Assembly (NCBI RefSeq): GCF_036321535.1
Contig: NC_087437.1
Location: 79,920,001 to 79,984,000 of the forward strand
Origin: Camelus dromedarius
Taxonomy: Eukaryota
Direction: 5' to 3'
Length of the DNA: 64,000 nt
The position numbers were made by a program, and so were the translations under genes. Positions 37,686 through 51,100 of the stretch are shown here, piece after piece. A model generated the notes under the pieces. The model ran no database searches and was not told where the DNA came from. It was given only the letters and a program-made list of their open reading frames with translations. How positions within the stretch are numbered: position 1 is the first letter of the stretch; each line of letters begins with the position of its first letter.

Positions 37686-40600
37686 GGCAGCACAAAGAGT
37701 TACGGTCCTTTTCTGAACACCCCAGAGACAAGGAAGAGAAACATCATTCTTCCAACCAGACATAGTCAAGTATTGCCTGCTTTTCCTTGAATCTGTAAGA
37801 TATTTCCAAACTTGGTTTTAAGGTTTACCAGTGTGTACCCACATTTATTATCGGGTTAAACATTAAAAGAAACCATAAAAATTTTGTTACTGAATCATTA
37901 GGACTAACCACTAGTAAAGATAAGCAAATCTTAATCTGAGCAGGATATGAAGTTTTGAGAGACGCTTTGGAAATAAAGGAAAGTGATAGGACCAGAAACC
38001 AATATGTTTTGCAGGGACTGCTAATGTTTTTCCAATATCCATTCTCCCCTTCTTTTCCTCCCAAATACTGAAGTTTTAGCTAGAATATATACAGTCTCCT
38101 TGTATCATGTGGTCAGGTTTTGACCAATGAGATATAGGCAAAAGGATTTCCAAGAAGGGTCCTTAGAGAGAGACGCAAGCCTGTTTCACCTGGTCCTCTT
38201 TCCTATAGTTTGAAATGTGGGCATGATTGCTGGAGCTTCAGCAGTCACTGCAGAGTGCTGCCTGCTGTGAATGGCAGGACAACAGGGAAGAAACATGGTC
38301 CCTGACACAATGACAAGACACACCAGTCCTAGAAATAAACTACTATCTTGTTTGCCATCATTGTTTCTGCTTCAGTCTATGACTTCTAGCCAAATAGTCT
38401 TAAATACGTATCTCCAAAGGCAGCTTTCTGGTAGTACAAAGGCAGTACAATGAAGCATGAGCTCTCATTTTTCAATAAAATGTCTATTTCAATAAAATGC
38501 TAAATTCCAGACTTTGCATTTGGACACCTACAATGATAAAACTTGTGTACGCACAACTCCACGGGATCTTCTCCACGTTGGGGGGGGAGGTCTATGGAAA
38601 TGGTACACCAGAAGTCCTGCAGTGAACCAGAGTCTAACGGTCCCTATTTAACACCAAAATATCTATCACTTTCCGTAATGATATAAAGTGTACTTTTAGA
38701 AACTGCTGACTAGAAAAAAGAAACATGTTTCAAATAATTATTTAACTACATTTGTTTTACATTAATCACATGGCATCTATTTACTCTTGAAATATCATAC
38801 TTATGCATGTGTATAATATTATCCAGTCTACAGATTTTGCTTTGGACACATGTGGACCATGAATGTCTTACAGTGGCTGTGAGCCCCCACCCCAAGTGTC
38901 CAGGGTACAGGAGTTAGGGCTACTAACAGAGTATTTGAACTGTGAGAACCCTTAAATTCACCTACTGAAGTGGGTAACCTAGGGTAGCATTTTAAGAACA
39001 AGGGCTGTGGAATTAGAGATAGGTTTCAGTTTCTTTTCTACCACTTAGCATGAAGAACTAGGGTGCCTGTGACCCTCATTGCCTTCCTATTTAAAAGGTG
39101 GAGGCTAATAGTTGGAGGGATCAACAGAGATTCTTGTACAGGCACTTAAAACAGAAGCTACCAGACAGTAAGTGCCCAGTGCATGTTAGCTACTATTGTT
39201 GGGTGTTCAACAGTGTTGTTAGTGATTCAGTGACTGATACTAATACTTCTTCATTTTGCAGATGCATAAATTGAGACAATCTGTGCCCCCAAATGCCTGT
39301 TCCACTTTTGCCAACTAATAGCAAAGCCTGTGTTCTTTCCTTAAACATCATAGGAAAGCAGATTCTGGAGGTAAGACGTCCTATCTGAGGCAGCTGTTCT
39401 AACAAAATTATGGCCATGAGCATCTCCTAAATTTTGCCTTTTAGGTACTCGCTTTATTTAGACTCCTTGCTGCCTGTATGCTTTTAAATCCATACAATGT
39501 TGATTACAGATGCAGAAATCATGGGTATTATGTTGCAAGTCTAATCTTTTAAAATAAACTACCACAGATCAACGATTATTTTCAACAATTTCCAAAAGTT
39601 CTGAATAGGTTTTAAATTGGGAAACATTCTCTTTACAGGCATTGCATTGTTACTGTACCAGAATGCTTTAATGGATTTTTTTTTTTTTGGCAGCAAGTAA
39701 AATGCTTACAAACTATAATCTCTTGGTCAGCACCATGTGCAACATACACAGTAAATGAGTATATTTTCTAAACAGAGCTAAGGATGGAATTTTGGGGGTC
39801 AAATTTCTTTAACACTAGGTCCACGTGAAAGACGTATCTGGATGGTGACTGTCAACCATTTTTCATGATTTCTAAGAACAAAAATCAAGGATAAAGTTTA
39901 GATGCATGAAAATATTAAAATAAATAGCTTCATGACTATCAAACCTTAGACATGTATCTTGATGATAGTTCTACTCGTGTCATTTTTCACATTCTCAGAC
40001 ACTGAATATATTATATACATACAAACAGACAAATCTTAACTTTCGGACCAGAAATTCATTTCAGCTAAACATACCATCATCCTCAAAAATCTTATTTTCT
40101 TTCAAGTAAAATTCACCCTTCCATAAAGTATATGCTCAATGAATGGTTTTCGGGTAAGCGAAGAACTGAAATTTATGAATTTCTTACGGGGGAACTTTCT
40201 TACACAAAATAAAAGATTCTGGTTTATTTTTAAAGAAAATAATAATCAAGTAGTATATAAAGGTCTGTGGTAAAAAGATACTTTCACCTTCATTCCCAGT
40301 CCTTTGTACATTTCAGAAACAATCACATTTAGCCACTTCTAGGTGTGTGATTTTTTTCCCCTCAAAAAGTGTACCATTTTTAGTATAACATTTGGCTCAT
40401 TAACTTAGGACATTGTCTACCATCTTCTCACTATAGTAGAGGAGTTTTAACTCTTACTTCTCTTACCTCCTGCATCTCCCTTCCTCTACCTTAGTAGAAG
40501 TGAGCTCTGTGACCTCAATTAACATTCTTCAACTGCATCTCTCTGTAGTTCCATCAACTACAGAAAGTCTCTCTTGATGCCTTTCTCTGTGCAATCTCAT

Positions 40601-43600
40601 CTCTTCCCTCATCCTTTTCCATCCCCCAGCACCCATCAACTGTAACTTGATTCTGACATTTACATTTTCTCCAGTAATCATTTAATTTTTTAAAATTATT
40701 TCTCTTTTAGTCTATATGTAAGTCGAGTACCAGGAACTGGTCCATTAAGAAGACTGTGTAGCTAATTTTTTTCCAGAAGCAGCAAGCAGCAGACTAGCAT
40801 TATATTTCCTTCTGAATAGGTCAGTATCTTGGGCTTCCGTGTCTCTCCTATACAGTTTAAACAAGAATTTTGCTGTTTTAAGCTTCAGTGGATTTTCCTT
40901 TTTATAATTTACCAATGTTGTTTATCAGATCTTTGAGTTCTTCCAAGCTCTAACTCATTCTATCATTTATATCACTGCCCCTTTTATCCCAGACACCAGC
41001 CTCCCAGGTTTATGGTGTTAATGAAAACATGAATATAAGGTGATTAGGACCAGGTCTGGCACTAATAGTTAACAATAAATGTTATCATTATAGCATTGTT
41101 GTTATAAGTTCTCAGCTGGACAGAAGGCATCATCAAGTTAAAGCCCATTTTTTTTGTTTACTATTATAGCTATGTCACCTGGCACTGCGCCCAACTGTAG
41201 CTATTCAAAAATAGTTGATGAAAAAATAACTGATGCATATTTTACAACCTTTGAGAATTAGAAAAAAGTCCCTTAGTTGCCTCAATATTTAACATTGCAC
41301 ACAATCATCAGGGTCATTTGTATGGTAAAAAATGTAAATAGATGTTTGTTTTTATTGTTTAAATATACCCATGTTTTTGATAATCATTTGGGAAAAATTA
41401 TTTCAATGTGTTCTAAAAATTTTAACTCAAACTCAAACTGAATTATCCACAGGCAACATGATGGAAAGAAATAATTTTCCATGTATTTACAGTAAGCAGG
41501 TCTTTACACAGACCATACTGCATTCTGCTGCCCTGTCCTGTTGGATTATTTTAAAGCAAGTTATACTTGTTACATGTGGGCAATTTTATGAGCACAGTCC
41601 ATGAACATAATAATTCAGAATTTTTGTTTTGGAACCATATGTGTAAAAGCTTATTGCTTTCTGCTCTGTAGAAAAATTGCAGTTTCTAAACTCTTCCATA
41701 ATTTTCCAAAGAGTAATTTCAATGTGTTAGCTTTTACAATGCTTAAATATCAATTTTCAAGGAAGTAAGGAAATAAAAAGTAATGTTCTTTTATGACATT
41801 CACATTTGTTTTTACCTTTAATTTTGAGCCAACTGTAGATTCTTATGCAGTTGTAATACGTAATAAGGGACCTCTAGTAAGCCCTTTTCCCTGTTTCCCC
41901 CAATGGTGACATCTTACATCACTTCAGTGCAACACCGCAGTCAGGAAATCGACATTGATGCAATCCACCAACCTGATTCTGCTTGTACTAGTTCTAAATG
42001 CATTTGTGTGTGTGTGTGTGTGTGATTTATCACATGTGCAGATTCATGCAACCATCACCACAGGCAAGATACAGCACAATACCATCACAATTACCATTGT
42101 TTCTCAACTTTAGACTTGCTAGAGTAAGTTTACACTTTAACCACATTTTAATTATCATTCCATGTTCTAAACTCAGGCAAAATTAAGCAAAATATAGTTA
42201 TTAGTTCCATTTCAACTTACATCAACTTTTGAAATGCTAAATAATCAAATAAGAAAAACACTAAATATGACTAATTACTAATTCCTAACACTGTGCTTTT
42301 TTAAAGCTAAATATTTATCATAAAGATTTAAAAGAAAAAAAAAAGAGTTTGCTGGAAGCATCTTTTACGTATAATATCTAACCAATCCCAACCATGGCTG
42401 TAACTCTTGGTTTCCCTCAGATGTGGGTAAAGCACATCCTTCTAATTCAACCAGGGCTTGTTGGCAAGTATGAAAATTCCAGTGAGCTCTGGGCCTGGGA
42501 GCAGGGGAGTCTGTTGGGGGAAGTGTCTGACAAGTGTATTCCCAGTTTTGATCTTTTCTTTACTGAGACACCTGAATAGGTATTACTTAACCTGAAATGT
42601 ATTCAGTTGCCTTACTTCTCCAGGCAGCCAGGTATACATCCTCATCTATCTCAGGACTCCCTACACGCAGCCCAAGGCAAGCAGAAATGAAAGAGAAATT
42701 AAAGAAACATCACAACGCTGCTGGTCTGCATGAAAACACCATGATTATCTTTTTCTAATCAGATGGGAGTAATTTTCTTGCTCTTCACCTGACTAATTTT
42801 CCTTACCCTTCTCCCCTCCCATCAGGTATCTAGTTGCTAAATGTTTACAGATTAATTTGCATGAAATGGTCCCTTAGCAATAATCACTCACAGGATCAAA
42901 TTCCTCTGCTCTTTCATAGATTTTTTTTTTTTTTCTGGTGATACACCTGCTTTAATAAAGATTTAAAGTTAAAAATAAAACTCAAATCCCAGAATGTAGG
43001 ATCTGTTTAAAAGAGCATGGCTTTTAGACTGACATAAAGTGTTTTCAAGCCCTAGAATAGTTTGTATGTTTCAGTTCACATCTACACAACAGAAAAATTT
43101 GTAGAGGGCTGATTAGTTTAAAATACCGTTGTAGTCGGCTGTCAAAGGAGAGTCACCAGCTCACCAGAATTTGCTGTTCACCTCTCCTGACTCCTTTGCC
43201 CTGTAGGATGAAGTAATTGATGCCAGCAGGAGTGACAGGGGATGGTAATAATGAAGAATCCACTGGTAACAAGCCTGGCATTTTCTAGTGCTGATTGACT
43301 CTATGATTTTTGTCAGAGAGTTTAAAGCATTAGCTTCCAATTCTGTCAAATGATTATTACCCTGCTAACCTGATTTATCAGTTAGTTTTAACCCCAAATT
43401 ATAGCCAACTGAGGAGGGAGGACTGCAATGTGGAGCCAACCATGGAGGACTCTAACGCATATGCCAGACTGCACCTCCTCTTATAGAGCTTCCCAAACCA
43501 GCCACTCCCCCAACCACAGCAGAAGTGGATTTTCAGCAATAGCACCCTTGAAATGTGCCGGTTCATCACCAATAATCATGTTTTTTCCATGACTGTTCTC

Positions 43601-46334
43601 CTACCTATTTTTCAGAAAGCTCAAGGTTAAAGAAAAAAAATTTTTTTAATTCTTTTTTTTAATTCTTTTTTTAATTCTTCAGTCTGCTTTACTCATTCTA
43701 CCTGTTTAAGCATTGACCTCATCCCAAAACACCCTCACAGGAACACCCAGAATAATGTTTGACCAAATATTTGGGAACCCATGGCCCATTCAAATTGACA
43801 CATAAAATTAGCTCACACAGTGTGTTAACTCATCTTATCATGGTAATCATTTCACAATATATACATACATCAAATCATCACATTGTACACCTTAAACTTA
43901 CACAATGTTATATATCAATTATATCTCAATGAAGCTGAATAAAATGAATCATCACAATATTAGTTCAACATATTCAAGAAACACACACCACTGGAAACAT
44001 CTGCATTCCCTGCAATCTATTTTGTCAACTTCGTATTTAGTGACAGTAAACCTGAGTCGACAGAGAGACCAGCAGAGAATTTGCATGAATATTTTGCGTA
44101 TTTGTAATATATGGTATCGCATTCCTGGGGGAAATGTTTTTTGGCTTAATCTGTGGCTGTGCTACCATCTTTCAGATTAATTGTTCTGACCTTGGTCTAC
44201 AAGCATAAACAGAAATGTATTTCAGATAATGTTAGTTCCCGTCATAATTATATTCTGTGCACATTCAGGTGGAGAGGAGTTTAGGAGCATCTGTGTTTGC
44301 CAGTGGGAGCAAGAAACCTTGAACCAAAAACAAATACATAAATCTAATCTTAGGTAGGATGCTAGCTATTAGACGAACACTGACCATGGACAGGGAGATG
44401 TGAAACTGCAAATCTTTACCTCAACCAAAACTACAGCATCCAGATAAATTACCATGATCTTGTGCCTATAAAATGAATCTTCTGAATTGGCTTGAAAACC
44501 TTTGTGTGATTACATCTATTAGGTAGAGGATATGATAAACAACTTTTAACATATCCTAAAATTTACTGCAGGCTTGACATTGTTAAAAAAAAAAAACTGT
44601 CAAATGACTGTATATTGACAGCACTCTGACTCACACTGCATTCATCAAAAGTAATTCTATTTTCAAAAATTTACAAATAGTTATGACAGTATGATGATTA
44701 ACACTAATTGGAAAGAAACTCAGAGTCCTAAAAGTAACTTTGTAATTTATAAACATTTGGTTTACAAATCCTTACCTGACTTGCTATAAATGAGAAATCA
44801 ATGTGTATCTGATTTTCTAGATTCTGCATGCATGTTTATTTAAATTATGTGTCAAAATAATATAAAGTTAATTTCCAAACATGCAGAGTTTATGGGTCAG
44901 GATACTTCGTTACATGTGAACTAAAAGTAGCTGAAACCAGCTTAAATAAAGGTGGATTAAATAAAGGTGGATTGAAAAGAAATCCAAAAGTGAAGTTCAG
45001 GTGTGGCTAGATCAAGTTCAGTGGTTCTCTTTTCGTATCTTGACTCATTTCTCACTGCTCTTTGTGTGTTGGCCTCCTTGCCTTCTTCAGCAAACTGAAT
45101 TCTCTATATGGAAAGCTGGATGCTGACTGATCCAAGCCTATATTTCTTTTATAGCTTACCATCAAAAATTCATTCGTCATCAAAAAGGAATTCCATTCTC
45201 TTAACATTTGTATGTAAAATGCCACACAAAGGTTTTTACTGACCCTGTTATACATAGTTGTCTATTCTACTTGGAATGAAAAAAAAATTCTATATTTAGA
45301 GAAATCTAGGGCATAATTCCTGTTGTCAGGAATTGGATGACTCTGATTAATAGACATGTTGTATTACATGTTTAAAAGAAAAGAGGCCATATTCCATTGG
45401 AAAATAGGTATTAGAAAGACCAAAATCATAGCTTCCCACTGCTTTAGTGATCAAAAAATTCCATGAGATGTACTAATTTATATTTTTATCTCTTACTTTA
45501 CTCCAGAATCCTGAGTTTTATAGGACTAGACGTCTATTGTTCCAACATAAGGCAGTTATCCAACATTTATTAAAAGCACCATATTAAGAATGATAAAGTT
45601 ATCAAATAAAGAAAAAAATAATTCTTCAATGACCTTATAACCTATGAAGCCTTTGTGGGGAAACACATGGAAATGCATTTTGATAAAAGAAAAAAAAAGT
45701 AAATGTCATAAAATTATACTAGAAACTCCTTTCATCAAGTCTTTTCTGCCATAGTCCATAAACAAATCATTGATCTTATACAAACATAGAATATTCTCAT
45801 GTATAAGTAAGCATTTACTTATTTCCTTTATTTATTGACTTAATTATTTCTCTTCCCTGGGGTTCCATTTGGCAAATTAACACATCGGGACACTAAATGG
45901 TACTGAGGTGATCTGAAAGAATTGAGATACTTTTCAATTTGCCCAAAACTCAATTTGCCCAAAGGTGACCTAATTAAGTAAGCTTTAAAATTCTCCCACG
46001 AGAACGCTCGTGTTGTCACTGAACAGAAAGCTGTAATACAATATTTCTGTTAGCCCCTATTGCCCTGTTGTGCTACACAAACACTTAGGCAACAGAAAAG
46101 TCTGTGCAAGAATATCCAAGAACGAGGACATCAGGATAAGAATTCAAACATCAAACCTAAACATATACTTTATTTGACATCATACTTCCTGTGCCTTCCT
46201 TATTTCATTAGCTTTGGATTATAGAATTCTTTAAATGTGACTGCTGGTCAATAAATCAATAAGTTCCTGGAGTGTATTACATTTATCTGTCACTCTATAT
46301 GTTTCTATAAATTGTACTTTTTTTTTTCTTTCAG

Positions 46335-46597
46335 ACTTGAAAGAGAAGAAGGTCAAGCCAAAAATAAAAGTATCATCAGGAGAAAATGTTTGGACTATGA
46401 GCCGTTCTGCATCACTGGAGAAAATATCAAAGTAAACACACTACCTGGGGAGGAGTCCTGCCAAGCCATCCAGAACAACTTTTACCGAAATATAATTACA
46501 GGGGCTGCAAATATATTTGCTTTAATGGCTGGTACTACTCCTACAATTATAAGCAGTCCATTTACCCGCTGCACCTCTGAACACATAAAGCAATAAA
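46335..46597 (+). other. Candidate terminal exon of an unidentified transcript
   Basis: Strong T-rich acceptor (TTTTTTTCTTTCAG) and AATAAA at 46592-46597. One frame stays open across the whole segment, with its TAA inside the AATAAA. Confidence 0.35.
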
Positions 46598-47775
46598 GGT
46601 CTTTGAAATACTGGACAGCTCGGGTGTTTCTCGGTTCTCAGTGAGTTACACCCATGACAACAGTCTCAGTGATAGAGAGGCCATTAGCCTCGGGTGCTCT
46701 GTGGTGAATCCACACCTCAAGAGCCACTGAGTTCTCCAGACATACCCATTACTCTTGTTTTGTCTTTTCTGACCGACTGGGTTGTTTTTACTGCTTCTCC
46801 AAACTTAAGATACCAAAGGAAGCCAAAAAATTACTTTTCATCAAAAACTTAATACTTAGGGGTTTATCTACAAAGAGGAAATCAGAAGGACAAATATCAT
46901 TTAGCCTTTCACTAATTATAGATTTTAGCACAAATGAAGATATCACATCACAGATTAAGACAGTAAGCAGGTTCAAAACTACAAACCTGGGGCCTAGAGC
47001 AAATCAGTTAGTAGAAAACTGTGGAAAGTCTGCATGGCAAAACATCACAAGTCCACTATCCCTTCCTTGAAAGCCAAGTGCGTTTCAGAATTCAGAATTT
47101 CTCCAGTTACAAATTTCAATTTCCATAGTGTTCACACCACGCATTACATAACCCCCCTCCCCACAGCTTTTGCGGCAACACCCGTAATCAAAACTCCAGC
47201 GTTCCACAGTGAAAGGAATATTCTAAGAGGGTCAAGTATACACATGAATTCCCTTCAGATTTTCCCACCAAATGTATTTGCAGAAAACGTAGAAGTCATT
47301 GTTTTCAGAGCTATTAGGGCTTTGGGTGGAAAAAATCTATATTGTTCAGCTTCCCAGAGCCAGCTTCTTCTCTGCCTACATCCCTCTGCTCAGATCCTGT
47401 CTGCTGCCTTTGCTAGTACCTGTGCCCAGAGCTGCCCAAACCCAGCGATGGGTACCGCCCAGGCTCAAGGTGTGCGTCCTGATGCAGGAGCGTGTGGTTC
47501 AGGGGAGGGGTCCGTAAGTGCTTACACCCCAAACCACGTCTGTATCCAACCCTCCTACCACTCCTGAGTTAATTCCATTTAAAGAACCACCTACCTTGAA
47601 CGTAAGTATATTTTGTAATAAGGCTGCTGAATATTCAAGATGCCAACACATGTTTAAAATCAGTTATGCTATTGAGTGACTTCATAGCCAAATTCACCAA
47701 ATTACTCAGATGATTTTGTTTAAGGGTGGACTGGGATAAGAATCAGGCATGCTGGAGGCCAAACTCAAATGTGGC

Positions 47776-48119
47776 TGCCTGAGTCCACTTGGGCTACTGT
47801 AACAAAACACCCTAGACCGGGTGGCTTATAAACAAGGAAAATCTATTTCTCACAGTTCCAGAGGCTGGAAGTCTGAGATCAAGGTGCCAGCGTGGGCAGG
47901 GGAGGACCCTCTTCCTGGTCACAGACTTCCTGCTGTATCTTCACACAGTGGAGGGGACTAGACATCTTTCCGGGGCCTCTGTGATAGGACTCCAGTCCCA
48001 TCCGTGAGGGTTCCCACATCATGGATGAGGCATCTCCAAGGGCTTGCCTCCTAATACCACTGTCTCTGGGGGTTAGGACTGCAGTATATGAATTGCGAGG
48101 TGACCTTCAGACCATAGCA
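47776..48119 (-). mobile_element. MaLR solo LTR (MLT1A-like)
   Basis: GGCTACTGTAACAAAACACC...TCTCACAGTTCCAGAGGCTGGAAGTCTGAGATCAAGG...CAGACCATAGCA. Confidence 0.8.
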
Positions 48120-51100
48120 GTTGCCATCAAAGTCTCAGACCTAGTCAGTATTTCTATTTATTTTACACTTACTTGTTGACATAAAGAGTTGGGGAGGGTG
48201 TTTAAAAAAACAAAAAAAAAGCACACAGCAGACTGGTACTATTTACACATTTAACTTGGCTAATTCAATTCTATTCACTTCGATACAAGAGGGGGAAAGA
48301 AATAACAATTTAAATAACTCTGGTGAATCCTGTCACCATTTCACTCAGTACGTGACTCCAGCATGATCATGAGATAGAGGAGGAACCTGCTTGGTCTGGC
48401 TGCCACATGTCCCCAGCACGCACACATGCTCTGTGCTTATTCTAATTCTAGTGTTTAACGGTGCTACGTCTTGGCCTGCGTGTGTGTGTTTGTTTTGTAT
48501 CATATGGCCCCAAAAAATAAGCCAGATGCTTCATCTGGTGCTCACTCCAAGAAACAAGAAGGAAAAGTAGCTGAATAAAATGAATTCAGGTTGCTCTGAT
48601 AGTATACTTTATGGGACATTTCAAGAGCAACTCTGTATATGATTTTCACTTTCTGCTTTTAATTTATAATCTGATCTCTGAGCAAGGTGCAATTATACTG
48701 CACATGTAAGCCATTCAGGGCATTAATGAACATCCTATTATTAGCATATGATGTATTTAAGGACAGATTGGGATGGGAAACAAACATGCTATAAGCCAAA
48801 CTCAAATCTATGGAAGATTCAGAAAACGACAGGGCAGAAGACATGCATATAGGTTTACATATTCACTCCTTCCCTTTGCACACATCCTGATGACTCATTT
48901 GGAAATGCAGGCTCATCTCCAAGTTACTGTGCTCTGTAAGACCACCAAGCCCTGAAGAAAACACTACAAAAATCAAATCTACTAATGAGACAGCTGTTGA
49001 ATGCTTATAGAGTAATCCTTCTCAGACCACGGGTCAACTGTATACATCACCTCTTACTCCACTGTGTAACATTTCATGGATGTGTCATCATGATACTGCT
49101 GCTCCTTGATACAAACAAGGTTAGAATCTGGTTAATAAACTACTAATTTCCTTTTCAACTCTTGTTACAGAACATGGGTCAGGGCTTCTGTGGTTTTTAT
49201 TCTATTTTGGAATCTTTCTTGACAATCCAAACATTTTCACTGAAACCGTCCATTTGTAATATACATCTGATAAGCATAGGATCAATCACTTTAGGTCAGT
49301 TTCCTCATGTGTGAATCAAAGCACCAGATTAAGTGATACCTAAAATCCTGTCTGACCCTATGAGCCAATGGATGGATAGAGAATTGAAGAGTCAGTGATC
49401 CAGGCTACACAAGTTCAGTCAAGCTACCTATCTGTATGAGATTACAGCCTTGGCTTTCTAGATCCAATAGTGGAAATTGAGGCCTGAACCCTCCAAACCA
49501 ACAGACAAAAACCCTACTCTGCCAGTTTTGAGAATTCTCCTCAGGAAAGAAGATTGTTGAGCTTCCTCTGACGCCTCATTTTCCAGCAAAGAAGGACTCT
49601 GAACCCATTAAAAATGTCAAGATATATATGAAAAATACTAACATTAGAGTCAGACAACGTGCATTTGAAATCTTTCTCAGCGATTTTCTAGCTTTCCGAC
49701 CTTGAGCAAGTCAATGAACTTCACGTCTCAATTTCCTCCAGTTATAAAATGGGAATCACCACCTCTATTCACTCGCCAACCTACTGTAGATGGGAGAGCA
49801 TTTTGTAAGCTCCTAAGTCTTATTTAGATGTGGTGAAAAATTAAAACTACTGTGTACCCCTCCCCCAGAAAATTATTTCCCTCAGGAAATATTAGGATCT
49901 CAGGCAGTATTAGGATCCCTGACTTACAATGAACAATTTTAGAAAAATGAGTTTCCCTCTGGAAATACCTCCCACATCTGCTCTGTCATCTGGCTCCTTC
50001 CACACAACGCACAGAGTCCCTCCTCATCACTTCTGTGAGTTATTACCTCATGTTAAAGCCAGCCCTCAGCTCGGGCACCTTCCTGGTGTGCATACCCTGT
50101 ACCTCGTCACCTGAGGCCAACAAGGGCGTTTCCACTGGTGTTGGCTTTTTGTGTCCATGTTCAATACCTCACTGCCTTCAGATGCCTGGTGACAAGTTTA
50201 GAACGTTTTCATTGCTCAGTGAAAGGAACAGGTCAAGAAACAGAGATGTAGTTCATCCCCTTGCCTTCTGAATGAAATTTCTTTAAATTTAAAAGCCTCT
50301 GGAGAAGAAGATTCCACTATCTATTCTAGATCTGTTTTGTAATGTTCAATACTTTCTACTACCAGGAAATCCTCTCCTACATTATCTAACTAACCAAAAT
50401 CTTTCTTGCTCCAGTGTCTCTCCACATAAGATGTTGTGAACTATTTGCAAAGTTTAAAACCTTAAATAAAGCTAAAATAAATTTGCGGGTAAAAGAAAAT
50501 GATGATGAATTAATTTTGAAAATATATGATTTCCTTTGTGTTGCTGGAAACCTAGCAATTAATATGGCTCTAAACTGAAAATTAAGACGAGACCTGTATA
50601 TAGTGAAAGAAGATGGGGTAATTTTTTTAAGTCAGAAATTTCTTATAAATCTCAATAGATAAGTTTCTAACTGGGAGCCCAATTTCTCATAAAGCATTAT
50701 AATACTAATTTCCACTTATTACAAAACAGCTTTTTTGCCTGTATGACATTGCCTCTTGGACCCCTTACATGACTTTAATTAAGATCTAACTTATTCATGA
50801 CTATAATTCAGATCTAACAACCAGTCTAGTCAGATCAGGGTAATTAGTCCCAGAGGGTATTGTAAGAGAGCTCATTTTTCTTTTCATCTTTACATTTTGG
50901 CAAACAAGTTGGGGTACTGATTCACTCAGAGAATTCTATAATTCAGAGAACTCAAAAATGTGGGAGTGAATAAGCTAAACAAATTATTTTTAAGAGATTC
51001 TTATAAAGGGCTCGTGTGCTGGTTAATGTGGTTTGTGTGCCTGTACCGTGGTCCAGAACAGAAACAGTAAGGATGAGTAACCAACATCGAGCTAATGAAC

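Noticed and set aside
44942..44973. Short tandem duplications (also 12273-12317, 43640-43680, 45934-45963)
   Set aside because: These are ordinary slippage duplications with no repeat-spacer array structure.
47034..47567. 177-aa ORF
   Set aside because: No recognisable domain or splice context. The 5' part looks like decayed repeat sequence, and an ORF of this length can arise by chance.
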